In this document: positions 7,939 to 17,603 of the stretch, piece after piece
How the letters are laid out: every line of letters begins with the position of its first letter
How positions within the stretch are numbered: position 1 is the stretch's first letter
Assembly: GCA_030615605.1 (NCBI GenBank)
Contig: JAUWYY010000008.1
Span: 26,323 to 90,322, forward strand
DNA from: a bacterium
GTDB taxonomy: Bacteria > Armatimonadota > Zipacnadia > Zipacnadales > Zipacnadaceae
DNA length: 64,000 nucleotides
Direction: 5' to 3'
Notes under the pieces: generated by a model
Databases searched by the model: none
What the model saw: only the letters and a program-made list of their open reading frames with translations
What the model was told of the DNA's origin: nothing
Translations under genes and position numbers: made by a program

Positions 7939-8010
7939 GTCGTTGCGCCTGTCGTTGTACCTGTCGTTAGACCTGTTGTTCTACCTGTCGTTTTGCCTGC
8001 CGTTCCTTGT
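7939..8010. repeat. Six imperfect 12-bp tandem repeats (consensus GTCGTTnnACCT)
   Basis: gtcgttgcgcct/gtcgttgtacct/gtcgttagacct/gttgttctacct/gtcgttttgcct/gccgttccttgt. Confidence 0.85.
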
Positions 8011-8102
8011 GTCTGACTTATCGTGAAGGTTTCACCTCCCACCGAGGAGAAGAGTTGACCAGTGGCGTAAGCATCCAGAACTGAGGAGGAAAGGATATCA
8101 AA

Positions 8103-8894
8103 ATGACAATTACGAGGTATCTACCGATAATTGTTGCCTTGCTGATGAGTGGCGCAGTATGGGCGCAGGAAGGGGCGGCGCCACCTGCCAGCGAAGAATT
8201 GCCCGCTGAGGAAACACAACCGGTAGCCAAAGACAGGGTGACAGTGCAGACTATCACATCGTACCTGGACCGAATGAACTACGTCTACAAACTGGACAAG
8301 TCGGTAAAGGTGCCCGAGATTGAGCTGCTTATGCGCGGAGACAATGCCAATTACCAACTGCGCATATTCATTGACGACCCCCGCAAGGTCGTCTACATGT
8401 GCATAAATCGGCTGATGACCATTCCTGATTCACATCCCCGCAAGAGTGCTGTGCTCCAGAGGTTGATGGAACTTAACTGGGAGCTTTTAATTGGCAAGTA
8501 TGAATGGGACAAAAGCGACGGGGAGGCGCGGCTCTCCTACACATTCAGTACGGAAAACGGCCTGGGCTATGAGGCTTTCGTGGCGTGCTTCCAGCTCCTG
8601 GTGCTGACCGCCGACCGAGACTATCCCAAGCTTATGAGACTGATATGGGCCCCAGAGGAAAAGCCAGCCGAGCCGCTTCCTGTGGGTACGCCTGAAGAGG
8701 GTGCCAAAGAGAAGGTTACTGCGCCCAAAGAAGAGACTCCTGCCAAGGAAGAGGCTCTCTCTAAGCCAGAAGCTCCGACCAAGGAGGAAGCTCCCCCCAA
8801 GGGAGAAGCTCCCTCCAAGGAAGAAACTGTAGCCGAGCCAGAAGCTCCAGCCCAGGAAGAAGCCCCCTCCGGACAAGAGACCGAGGCGGAATAG
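8103..8894 (+). CDS. Exported YbjN-like (T3S-chaperone fold) protein with acidic/Pro repeat tail
   Basis: Signal peptide (AVWA/Q); core LMELNWELLIGKYEWDKSDGEARL resembles the YbjN family; C-terminal 6-aa KEEAP-like repeats. Confidence 0.6.
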   Translation: MTITRYLPIIVALLMSGAVWAQEGAAPPASEELPAEETQPVAKDRVTVQTITSYLDRMNYVYKLDKSVKVPEIELLMRGDNANYQLRIFIDDPRKVVYMCINRLMTIPDSHPRKSAVLQRLMELNWELLIGKYEWDKSDGEARLSYTFSTENGLGYEAFVACFQLLVLTADRDYPKLMRLIWAPEEKPAEPLPVGTPEEGAKEKVTAPKEETPAKEEALSKPEAPTKEEAPPKGEAPSKEETVAEPEAPAQEEAPSGQETEAE

Positions 8895-8908
8895 GTGAGC
8901 CAGCGATT

Positions 8909-10429
8909 ATGACTACGTCAAGCGGTTCGAAAAAACTGTGGAGCGGGCGATTTTCGGGCGATTTGGCTGATCTGGGCTTGCAGTTCAGCGAGTCTACTGC
9001 CGCCGACCGTCCGATGATTGACGAAGATATCTGGGGCAGCCAGGCCCATAGCATAATGCTGGCGGCCTGCGGAATTATCAGCGAGGCCGACCTGCGGGCG
9101 ATACTGGGCGGCCTGGCCCAGATCCGCCAGCAGTTCGCCGACGGCCAGTTTGATCTGGACCCGCAGCTCGAAGATGTCCACATGAATGTAGAGAGCCGTC
9201 TGCGGGAGATCATTGACCCGGAGGTAGCCGGCCGGCTGCATACAGCCCGCTCGCGCAACGATCAGGTGGTCACCGACGCCCGCATGCACCTGCGCACGAG
9301 TCTCCTGGAATTGCGTCAGGCCCTGGCTGACCTCCAGCAGACGCTGCTGGATTTGGGCGCAGAGCACCTCGAGACGGTGATGCCCGGCTATACCCATACC
9401 CAGCATGCTCAACCCATTTCGGTGGCCTTCTGGCTGTCGAGTCATGCCTCAGCGCTGCAGCGCGATAACCAGCGGCTGGCTCAGACATATGAGCGGATGA
9501 ACCGCTGCCCGCTGGGAGCTTGCGCTCTGGCGGGAACTTCATTTCCCATTGACCGGCAGATGACGGCCCGGCTGCTGGGTTTCGACGGCGTTATCGAGCA
9601 TGCTCTGGATGCGGTTGGCTCGCGCGACTTCGTGCTGGAGACGCTGGCGGATCTGGCCATAGCTGCCAGCAACCTGTCCAGGCTGGCTGAGGAGCTGGTG
9701 CTGTTTTCTACCCACGAATTCGGCATGATTGAGATTGATGACGCCTACGCCACGGGCAGCTCGATAATGCCACAAAAGAAGAATCCCGGTATGGCGGAGC
9801 TGACTAGGGCCAAAACCGGCCTGGCCTACGGCCGGCTGGTGCAGGCACTGACGATGATAAAGGCGCTCTCCTCGGGCTACAATCGCGACCTGCAGGAAGA
9901 CAAGCCGCCGCTGTGGGAGTCGCTTGATTCGGTGCAGAGCTGTGTGCGGATGATGACGGCAATGGTCAGCACGTTGAAGCTACGTCCTGAGCGGATGGCC
10001 GAGCTGGTCGAGGGCAATTATGCGGCGGCCACCGAGCTGGCCAACTTTCTGGTGCGCGATCACAATCTGCCGTTTCGCGACTGTCACCGTATCGTCGGCC
10101 ACCTCGTCGGCATACTGCTGGAGGAGAAGCGACTCCTTACTGATTACGGACGTGTCAGCGAACTGCTGGCAGACGCGGGTCAGGAGGTCAGCGAGCAGCA
10201 ACTGGCCGAAGTATTGGATGCACAGGCTATTCTGCATCGACAGGTAAGCCAGGGCAGCACGGGCGTAGAAGCGACTGCCGCCATTATTGAGAAATTGCGC
10301 GAGGCGATAGCGGATAACCGCGGCGAGATTGCTGCCGCGCATCAAGCGCTCACCCAGGCCCGCCAGCAAACCGACCAGATAATCGAGCATATTCTAGAAG
10401 GCGGAGAGCTGACGGAGCTGAAACTCTAG
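8909..10429 (+). CDS. argH: Argininosuccinate lyase
   Basis: KLWSGRF, EDVH, HTARSRNDQ, GSSIMPQKKNP, YNRDLQEDK. Confidence 0.97.
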   Translation: MTTSSGSKKLWSGRFSGDLADLGLQFSESTAADRPMIDEDIWGSQAHSIMLAACGIISEADLRAILGGLAQIRQQFADGQFDLDPQLEDVHMNVESRLREIIDPEVAGRLHTARSRNDQVVTDARMHLRTSLLELRQALADLQQTLLDLGAEHLETVMPGYTHTQHAQPISVAFWLSSHASALQRDNQRLAQTYERMNRCPLGACALAGTSFPIDRQMTARLLGFDGVIEHALDAVGSRDFVLETLADLAIAASNLSRLAEELVLFSTHEFGMIEIDDAYATGSSIMPQKKNPGMAELTRAKTGLAYGRLVQALTMIKALSSGYNRDLQEDKPPLWESLDSVQSCVRMMTAMVSTLKLRPERMAELVEGNYAAATELANFLVRDHNLPFRDCHRIVGHLVGILLEEKRLLTDYGRVSELLADAGQEVSEQQLAEVLDAQAILHRQVSQGSTGVEATAAIIEKLREAIADNRGEIAAAHQALTQARQQTDQIIEHILEGGELTELKL

Positions 10430-10435
10430 GCGGCT

Positions 10436-11284
10436 GTGGCTTTGGCTCTCCTCGATGAGGCTCCCAGCATGTATGCCCAGACTATCCAACTAATCCAGCG
10501 CGAGCAGGTGGGGCCTGACTACCACCTGCTTAAGTTTGACTGCCCGCAGGTGGCGGCGGCCGCACAACCCGGGCAGTTTGTTCATATTCGCGTCGCTGCC
10601 AAGTGGGATCCGCTGCTTCGTCGGCCGTTCAGCGTGCTGCGCACAAATGAGGCCGAGGGCAGCTTCCAGGTGCTGATGCGCACTGTCGGGCGGGGCACAC
10701 AGATGCTGGCCGAAGCTCAGCCGAGCACCGAATTCGATATTATGGGACCACTGGGCAACGGTTTCGCGCTGCCCGGCCCGGAGGGCGAAGCTATCCTTGT
10801 TGCTGGCGGCATTGGGGTAGCTCCATTGATCTTTCTGGCTACAGTTCTGCACGAGCCTGAGAGCTACCGCTATGCCCGGGGCCTGTTCGGAGCCCGTAGC
10901 GCGGACGACCTGTGCTGCTGGCTGGAGTTTTCGGGCGTCTGCGACGAGTTCACGGCAGTTACTCAGGATGGCAGCGCCGCTGAGCAAGGGCTGGTGACCG
11001 ACTTTCTCGCGCCGCAGTTGGAGCGAGGTGCCGGATGCGTATATGCCTGCGGGCCGGCCCTGATGCTGGCTGAGGTAGCCAGGCAATGCCAGGGCGCGGA
11101 AATTCCCTGCTACGCTTCTATGGAGCAAAGGATGGGCTGTGGCGTGGGGGCCTGCCTGGGCTGCGTGATACCAACCCGTGCTTCTGGTGCGCAGCGCTAC
11201 CAGCGGGTGTGCAAAGATGGTCCAGTCTTCGATGCTCAGATAGTGGACTGGGAGGCGATCCGTTGTGGCTGCACCCCAGGTTGA
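10436..11284 (+). CDS. pyrK: Dihydroorotate dehydrogenase electron transfer subunit
   Basis: RRPFS, GPLGNGF, AGGIGVAP, MGCGVGACLGC...VCKDGPVF; overlaps pyrD. Confidence 0.93.
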   Translation: MALALLDEAPSMYAQTIQLIQREQVGPDYHLLKFDCPQVAAAAQPGQFVHIRVAAKWDPLLRRPFSVLRTNEAEGSFQVLMRTVGRGTQMLAEAQPSTEFDIMGPLGNGFALPGPEGEAILVAGGIGVAPLIFLATVLHEPESYRYARGLFGARSADDLCCWLEFSGVCDEFTAVTQDGSAAEQGLVTDFLAPQLERGAGCVYACGPALMLAEVARQCQGAEIPCYASMEQRMGCGVGACLGCVIPTRASGAQRYQRVCKDGPVFDAQIVDWEAIRCGCTPG

Positions 11285-12212
11285 TTTGAGCGTACAGCTA
11301 GCTGGCCTTACTCTGGCCAATCCGGTGCTGGTCGCCTCGGGGACCTTCGGCTACGGAACGGAATATGGTGAACTGGTTGACGTCGGCCGGCTGGGCGGAC
11401 TCTGCACCAAAGCGGTTACGCTCCACCCGCGTGCCGGCAACCCGCCACCACGGATATGTGAGACGTCGGCGGGGATGCTCAACGCCATCGGGCTGCAAAA
11501 TCCCGGCGTCGAGGTCTTCATCAGCGAGAAGATGCCGGCTCTGCGTGAGCTGGGCGTGCCCATTATTGTCAATATCGCTGGGGAGTCCGTGGCCGACTAT
11601 GTTGCGCTCGCCCAACGGCTCAGTGATTGTGCTGATATTGCGGCGCTGGAGTTGAATCTGTCCTGCCCCAATGTCAAGCGGGGCGGGATGCAGTTTGGCA
11701 TTGACGACGAGTTGACTGAGCGGGTAGTCGCCGCGGTGCGCGAGGTCACCAGACTACCGCTGATAGCCAAGCTTTCTCCGAATGTCACTGATATCGTCGG
11801 TATTGCCGAAGCTGCCCGTGACGGCGGTGCCGATGCCCTATCGCTGATTAACACGCTGCTGGCTATGAGCATTGATATTGACCGGCGCCAGCCGATGCTG
11901 GCTAACGTGACTGGCGGGCTGAGCGGGCCGGCGATTCGGCCGGTGGCGGTGCGTATGGTCTGGGAGGTGACACAGGCGGTGGACCTGCCAATCATTGGCA
12001 TGGGCGGGATTACCAGCGCGGCGGATGCCCTCCAGTTCATTATGGCCGGAGCGACGGCCGTGGCAGTGGGCACAGCTAACTTTGTTGAGCCTGATGTCGC
12101 CGGGCGCATCATCAACGACCTGGAAGATTTCTGCCAGCAAGCGGGCGTAGCTCGTGTGGCTGATCTGATTGGAGCAGCGCATAGTAGCTCTGGTACAGAA
12201 GGATTGCAATGA
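11265..12212 (+). CDS. pyrD: Dihydroorotate dehydrogenase (family 1B) catalytic subunit
   Basis: ASGTFGYG, MLNAIGLQNPG, ELNLSCPNV, KLSPNVTDI, GGLSGPAIRP. Confidence 0.96.
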   Translation: MAAPQVDLSVQLAGLTLANPVLVASGTFGYGTEYGELVDVGRLGGLCTKAVTLHPRAGNPPPRICETSAGMLNAIGLQNPGVEVFISEKMPALRELGVPIIVNIAGESVADYVALAQRLSDCADIAALELNLSCPNVKRGGMQFGIDDELTERVVAAVREVTRLPLIAKLSPNVTDIVGIAEAARDGGADALSLINTLLAMSIDIDRRQPMLANVTGGLSGPAIRPVAVRMVWEVTQAVDLPIIGMGGITSAADALQFIMAGATAVAVGTANFVEPDVAGRIINDLEDFCQQAGVARVADLIGAAHSSSGTEGLQ

Positions 12213-13330
12213 TACTCAAACAGTTGCTACCCGTCGGCATATCTGTCGCCGACTACGAATATGTAGAAGCAACTTGTCGCGAAGTGCTCGCTGGTGTCCG
12301 CCACAGTGCTGATGACGGCACACCGCTGTACTTCCCTGGTGGTGGCTATGAGGCCTGCTGGACCAGGGACTTCTGTCATATGGTCGAAGGGGCGGGCCAG
12401 CTCATACCTGCCGAGGAGATCATAGCGGGGATTGACTATCTGCTGGCGGCTCAGCGAGAAGATGGCGTTATGCCGGACCGAGTGGCAGCGGACGGGACGC
12501 CAGCCTACCTGGTCTTCGGCGAGCAGCCGCCGACAGACAATGCCCAGTTCATGGTGAAGCTGGTTGCTGCCTGTATGGAGTCGACCGGCGAGTATGAGGT
12601 GTTCTTGCAGCGGCGGAATCAGTTGTACGACGCTATGGAGCAGGTCCCCCGCACAGACGATGGTCTGGTTAGGATAGATCGCAACCGCCCCCATTCTTCC
12701 TACGGCTTCACCGACACGGTGGCCAAGACCGGCAAGGTTTTCTTTTCGTCCCTGCTGTACTGGGAGGCTACTCGGAAGCTGGCCAAGCTCTGTGCAATGG
12801 CTGAGTATCACGACGAGGCCCATACCTGGTACGAACATGCTGAACCACTGGCGCAGAGCCTGGAGCAATTCTACAACGACGAATACGGTCTGTATCGAGC
12901 GGCGTCCGGTCGCTGCAATCAACTCGACCTGTGGGGCAGTGCCTATGCGGCAGTGCTACGGCTGGGATCGAAGAGCCAGGAGCGGCAGACAGGACAGTTT
13001 TTCTGTGAGGTGCCGGAGGCGAGCCTGTGGCAGGGTCATGTGCGCCACCTGCCCGCTGGCGAGTACTGGGAAGAATTGCTGACCGACACTGAGCCTGAGA
13101 CCTATCAGAACGGCGCTTACTGGGCGGTGCCCAGCGGCTGGGTAGCCCAGGCGATGGCATTGCATGATGAGGACGCCGCCCGCGCGTTTATTGCTGAGCT
13201 GCTCGAGGTGTGGCGAACGGAGGGTGTCTTTGAGTGCATCAGCCCCTACGCGTCGCCCATGAACGAGGACTACGCGGCCAGCGCCGCTTGCGTGCTGGGG
13301 GCGGTGCAGCCCCACAGGAGGCTGGGGTAA
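12209..13330 (+). CDS. Six-hairpin glycosidase-like protein
   Basis: YEACWTRDF, YGFTDTV, YQNGAYW patterns typical of (alpha/alpha)6 glycoside hydrolases; family not resolved. Confidence 0.6.
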   Translation: MILKQLLPVGISVADYEYVEATCREVLAGVRHSADDGTPLYFPGGGYEACWTRDFCHMVEGAGQLIPAEEIIAGIDYLLAAQREDGVMPDRVAADGTPAYLVFGEQPPTDNAQFMVKLVAACMESTGEYEVFLQRRNQLYDAMEQVPRTDDGLVRIDRNRPHSSYGFTDTVAKTGKVFFSSLLYWEATRKLAKLCAMAEYHDEAHTWYEHAEPLAQSLEQFYNDEYGLYRAASGRCNQLDLWGSAYAAVLRLGSKSQERQTGQFFCEVPEASLWQGHVRHLPAGEYWEELLTDTEPETYQNGAYWAVPSGWVAQAMALHDEDAARAFIAELLEVWRTEGVFECISPYASPMNEDYAASAACVLGAVQPHRRLG

Positions 13331-13333
13331 CCA

Positions 13334-13627
13334 GTGCTGCATCCGCTTGAGTCGCAGGTGCGCGAAGTTGAGCACGCCATTGGCGAGCGCATCGTCCTGC
13401 GGGGGGTAAAGACGCCTGATCCCAGCGTACGCGGGCGCCTCAGCTCTCGGCCGGGTTACTTGCTCCTGGAATATCGCGATGAGACCGCCGGCTATTTCTG
13501 GGACTGTGATATCATCAGGGAGCTGCTGGCGCTGGTTCGCCAGGGGCAGCGCGATTTTGTGTTGTACGATTGGGACGCACTGTTCGCACAATTGCCCGAT
13601 GACGCGTTCAATGAAACGGACAAATGA
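13334..13627 (+). CDS. Hypothetical protein
   Basis: 97-aa ORF tightly packed between co-oriented genes. Confidence 0.55.
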   Translation: MLHPLESQVREVEHAIGERIVLRGVKTPDPSVRGRLSSRPGYLLLEYRDETAGYFWDCDIIRELLALVRQGQRDFVLYDWDALFAQLPDDAFNETDK

Positions 13628-13633
13628 TGACAT

Positions 13634-14593
13634 ATGCACAGCACTAGTATCTCAGCGATGAAAATAACCTGTGCGACTATCGGAGTGTTATGCCTCACCC
13701 TCGCGGCAATCTCTTGCGGCGATAGTGGTGAGGATAAGGGCTCGCAGGTGGTAGCCAAAGTCAATGGAACGCCAATCACCCAGCGTCAGCTCGTCGAGCG
13801 GCTCAGGTACGGCCCGGGCCCGAAGGTGCTGCTGAGGATGATAGATGAGCGGCTAATTGCTGCTGAGGCGGCCCGCCGCGGCATCAGGCCCACTCTCCAG
13901 CACGTCGAACTGAAGCTGAGCCAGGCGGCCTCCCGCTTCGGTTCCGAGAAAGATCTCAAGGATATGCTGCGTCAGCGGGGCCACTCGCTGGCGGAACTGA
14001 AGGACCGCCTGCGGCTGGATGCTATGCTCGACCGCATAGCAACGGAGCAGACCACTGTCGAAGACTCCCAGATAGAGCAGTACTACCAGGAGAACATTGA
14101 CGAGTTCTCCTATGGTGAGCAGGTGCGGGCGCGGATGATTCTCACCCAGGTGCGACAGAATGCCGAGGCGCTTGAAGAAGCACTGGACAGCGGTGGCGAC
14201 TTCGCCGGGCTGGCCCAGCAGTTCTCTACGGACCCAGCGACCAGCGACCAGGGCGGGGATATGGGCTATTTTGAGCGCGACGACTACGCCGAACAAATCA
14301 GCGTGGTGGCTTTTTCGCTGGAGCCGGGCCAGACCAGTGAGGTCTTCGAGGTGCCTGACGGGTTCTGCATTCTGAAGGTCGAAGATCGCCGCCCTGCCGC
14401 AGTGAAGTCTCTGGAGGATGTCCGGGATCAGATCATCTCCCGGCTCAAGCACAAACAGCGCGATAAGGCGCGTCAGCAGTGGCTTATTGAAGAGCGCAAG
14501 CAGGCGCGGATGGTAATCTCTGACCCGCGCCTGCGGGAGTTAGTGGAGGGCCTGGCGGGGGTTACATCCCCGCCTAATCCCTTCGAGTTTTGA
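13634..14593 (+). CDS. PrsA/SurA-like PpiC parvulin peptidyl-prolyl isomerase (lipoprotein)
   Basis: Lipobox LAAISC, VAKVNGTPIT, FAGLAQQFSTD...GGDMGYF. Confidence 0.88.
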   Translation: MHSTSISAMKITCATIGVLCLTLAAISCGDSGEDKGSQVVAKVNGTPITQRQLVERLRYGPGPKVLLRMIDERLIAAEAARRGIRPTLQHVELKLSQAASRFGSEKDLKDMLRQRGHSLAELKDRLRLDAMLDRIATEQTTVEDSQIEQYYQENIDEFSYGEQVRARMILTQVRQNAEALEEALDSGGDFAGLAQQFSTDPATSDQGGDMGYFERDDYAEQISVVAFSLEPGQTSEVFEVPDGFCILKVEDRRPAAVKSLEDVRDQIISRLKHKQRDKARQQWLIEERKQARMVISDPRLRELVEGLAGVTSPPNPFEF

Positions 14594-14680
14594 CTCTGAC
14601 TGTTACCGCGACTGGCGGAGCAGCAGGCGGTCCTCCTTGCCAATCCGGGCTATTTGTGTTAGCCAAGTTTCGCTTCTAAG

Positions 14681-15382
14681 CTACGGCAATATCCGCTCGG
14701 TGCGGAAGCGCGGCCACAGCTTGGCGATTTGAAAGCCCTCGGCGTACCTTACCCCGCACTGATGCCCCCGCGTGCGCGCTATCACTTCAATAAACTCCCC
14801 CACGTCCATATTGTCGTGATCCATCATCCACTGGACCTGACTCTCGTGGCAGAGCAGAGCTCCCCGTTTCTTCTCAAAGGTGTCAGTGATGTCCACGTAC
14901 ATCTCGGGAATAAAGTTAGTGGCAGCGACGGTGTCCATATACAGAATGGCGGCTATGTGGTCCTGGAAGGCGTGCTCCGTCTCGATATGGGGGACGGTGG
15001 ACAGGAAGCTGGCGGCAAAGACTATGTCCGAGGCGTTGCGGTGGTCGGGATGGTAGTCATCGGGCGAGTGAGTGATGATGACGTCAGGGTCGGCCCAGCG
15101 AATGGCATCAATCATCAGTGTGCGGGTGCGCTTATCGTGAAAGAACCACTCGTCCTCTTCGCCAATCATCAAAAACTCCGCCCCGATAGTCTCGGCGGCC
15201 TTGCGGGCCTCCTCTGTGCGGATCTCGGCCAGCTCATCGGGGGGAATTACGATGCTGCCCATATTCCCGTTGGTGCAGACCACGTTGAAGACCTGGTCGC
15301 CCCGCTCGACGTACTTGGCCAGAGTCCCGGCACACAGAAACTCAATATCGTCAGGATGTGCTCCGACGGCCATTACACGCAT
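14681..15382 (-). CDS. PIG-L/LmbE family deacetylase
   Basis: AHPDDIE, DYHPDHR, CHESQ motifs; start MRVMAV at 15382. Confidence 0.9.
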   Translation of the reverse strand: MRVMAVGAHPDDIEFLCAGTLAKYVERGDQVFNVVCTNGNMGSIVIPPDELAEIRTEEARKAAETIGAEFLMIGEEDEWFFHDKRTRTLMIDAIRWADPDVIITHSPDDYHPDHRNASDIVFAASFLSTVPHIETEHAFQDHIAAILYMDTVAATNFIPEMYVDITDTFEKKRGALLCHESQVQWMMDHDNMDVGEFIEVIARTRGHQCGVRYAEGFQIAKLWPRFRTERILP

Positions 15383-15420
15383 AGCTGATTCCTTCTTTCT
15401 TGCACAGATTACGGATTTGC

Positions 15421-16674
15421 TCACAAGTCTTCATAGATGGGGAAGGCCTCGCACAGTTCGCGGACCTCGTCTCTTATCTCCTCCAGAACCTCGGGATTAT
15501 CGCGGCCTTCGTGGATGGCCCGGGCCATCCACCGGCCGACCAGCTTCATCTCCGGCTCCTTCATTCCTCGACTGGTCAGACCGGGCGTGCCCGGGCGGAT
15601 CCCGCTAGTCTCAGTGGCTGGGGCGGGGTCGCCGGGGATAAGGTTCTTGTTGACCACTATCCCCGCCGCCTCCAGCAAATCCGCAGTCTCCCGACCGGTA
15701 ATATCTTTATTGCGCAAGTCAACCAGCAACAAGTGATTGTCGGTCCCACCAGTGACCAGGGTAAAGCCCTCATCTTGCAGGGCGCGCCCCAGGGCCTGAC
15801 AATTGCGGATGATCTGGCGCTGATATTCGCGAAATCCGAACTCGCCGGCTTCTTTGAAGCAGACCGCTTTAGCCGCAACAATCTGCATAAGCGGACCTGC
15901 CTGGATGCCGGGGAAGACGGCACGGTCAATCTGCTCAGCATACCGTTGCTTGCACAGTATCATGGCCCCCCGCGGCCCCCGTAGGGTCTTGTGGGTGGTG
16001 GAGGTCACCACTTCAGCGTAGGGCACGGGAGTGGGATGGGCCTCAGCAGCGACCAGCCCGCAGATGTGGGCGATGTCGGCCATCAAGTACGCGCCCACCT
16101 CGTCGGCAATCTCGCGGAACTTGCGGAAATCAATAATACGCGGATAGGCACTGTAGCCGGTGATGATCAGCTTGGGCTGCACCTTCTTGACCTGCTCCAG
16201 GATCATATCATAGTTGAGCCGGTCGGTCTCCGGGTCCAGGCTGTAGAAATGCGATTCATAGAACTGACCGCTGAAGCTGATAGGTGAGCCGTGAGTAAGA
16301 TGACCGCCGGTGGCGACAGTCAGCGCCATGATCTTATCGCCGGGCTCCAGCAGCGCGTAGTAGGCCGCCATATTGGCCTGCGAGCCGGTATGAAGCTGGA
16401 CGTTGGCATGATCGGAGCCGAACAGCTCATTGGCCCGGTCAATAGCTAACTGCTCCAGCTCGTCATAGAACTCGCAGCCATGGTAGTAGCGATTGTATGG
16501 ATACCCCTCGGCATACTTATTGGTGAAGATCGAACCCATCGCCGCCATCACGGCCTGGCTGGCGTAGTTCTCTGAGGGGACGAGCATGAGTGTGGTCTTC
16601 TGGCGCTCCAGCTCGCCCTGCATGATCTTGTAGACCTGGGGGTCGGCCTGACGCCAACTGCGATTCATCGGCAT
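15421..16674 (-). CDS. glyA: Serine hydroxymethyltransferase
   Basis: SENY, NKYAEGYP, GGHLTHG, STTHKTLRGPRG, GGTDNHL. Confidence 0.97.
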   Translation of the reverse strand: MPMNRSWRQADPQVYKIMQGELERQKTTLMLVPSENYASQAVMAAMGSIFTNKYAEGYPYNRYYHGCEFYDELEQLAIDRANELFGSDHANVQLHTGSQANMAAYYALLEPGDKIMALTVATGGHLTHGSPISFSGQFYESHFYSLDPETDRLNYDMILEQVKKVQPKLIITGYSAYPRIIDFRKFREIADEVGAYLMADIAHICGLVAAEAHPTPVPYAEVVTSTTHKTLRGPRGAMILCKQRYAEQIDRAVFPGIQAGPLMQIVAAKAVCFKEAGEFGFREYQRQIIRNCQALGRALQDEGFTLVTGGTDNHLLLVDLRNKDITGRETADLLEAAGIVVNKNLIPGDPAPATETSGIRPGTPGLTSRGMKEPEMKLVGRWMARAIHEGRDNPEVLEEIRDEVRELCEAFPIYEDL

Positions 16675-16762
16675 TATCTCTCACTTCTTTCAATTGGCGA
16701 AAGGTCGCCTGCGAACGACCTCTCTAGTAACAGCCATCGAGCCTTCCTTGAAAACCCTATCT

Positions 16763-17521
16763 TCACCTTCCTGGAAGCGTTGCCTGAATGCGGCCGCACA
16801 GGTTGGGATCGTCCATTGCTGCGGAAGCAATAGCCACAGCATCCGCGCCGGCGGCGATGACCTCGCAGGCCTGCTGGGATGTGCGGATCCCCCCACCGAT
16901 GATTAGCACTCGGCCGCGCCGCCGCAGGCGGTTGATAACCTGGCTGCCGTGCTCGCCGGCCGCATCGCCGACATTAATGTGGAAGATACTCACGCCAACT
17001 GCTGCCATCACCTCAACAGCCTCCTCAGCATCATCTCCACCACTGACGCCGAACTTGGGGATGAACAGCCGGTCGGTTGCCTCCAGGATCGTCGTTACCT
17101 GCTCCTCCAACTTGGGCCAATTCTCCCGTTGCAGCAATGCCACCCCCAACCCTTCACTCACAAACATCTCCATTGATGAGTGTATGCACAACGACAGGTA
17201 ATCAGCACCGGCTTGTTGAGCAGCCAGCAAAAAGTCAATGGTATCGTCCAGGTTGACGCTGATCACGCTTACGCCGACTGCTGCCCCGCTGTCCCGGGCG
17301 GCGACCACGTGCTCGTTCAGATAGTCACCGTAGTTTTCGCGGCCGGGCTTGAAGACAAAGTCCGGGGGATAGGGCACATCGTCACGCGCGTCAACAATGA
17401 ACGTGCCCAACACCACCAGCGCCGACCCGGCACCGTATTTGGCACACCACGGCCCGTTACTGTGGCTGCCGATCTCGGCCAGTACCACTCCGTTTTTCAG
17501 TGGGTCCACAGAATCATTCAT
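16763..17521 (-). CDS. FMN-binding TIM-barrel protein (dihydrouridine synthase-like)
   Basis: C-terminal IIGGGIRT...AGADAVAIA phosphate-binding motif; ATG 17521 with AGGAGG RBS. Confidence 0.65.
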   Translation of the reverse strand: MNDSVDPLKNGVVLAEIGSHSNGPWCAKYGAGSALVVLGTFIVDARDDVPYPPDFVFKPGRENYGDYLNEHVVAARDSGAAVGVSVISVNLDDTIDFLLAAQQAGADYLSLCIHSSMEMFVSEGLGVALLQRENWPKLEEQVTTILEATDRLFIPKFGVSGGDDAEEAVEVMAAVGVSIFHINVGDAAGEHGSQVINRLRRRGRVLIIGGGIRTSQQACEVIAAGADAVAIASAAMDDPNLCGRIQATLPGR

Positions 17522-17550
17522 GTTTGGCCTCCTCTTATAGTGAGCAGTCT

Positions 17551-17582
17551 TAGTGCCAGAAGTGGCGCATGCCGGTGAAGAC
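17551..17582. repeat. Second copy of the purH 3' end (32-bp direct repeat)
   Basis: tagtgccagaagtggcgcatgccggtgaagac, identical to 18497-18528. Confidence 0.95.
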
Positions 17583-17603
17583 GACAGCCCTTCCGCGCGG
17601 ATG

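Noticed and set aside
7939-8010. CRISPR array
   Set aside because: 12-bp period with no spacers and no cas genes.
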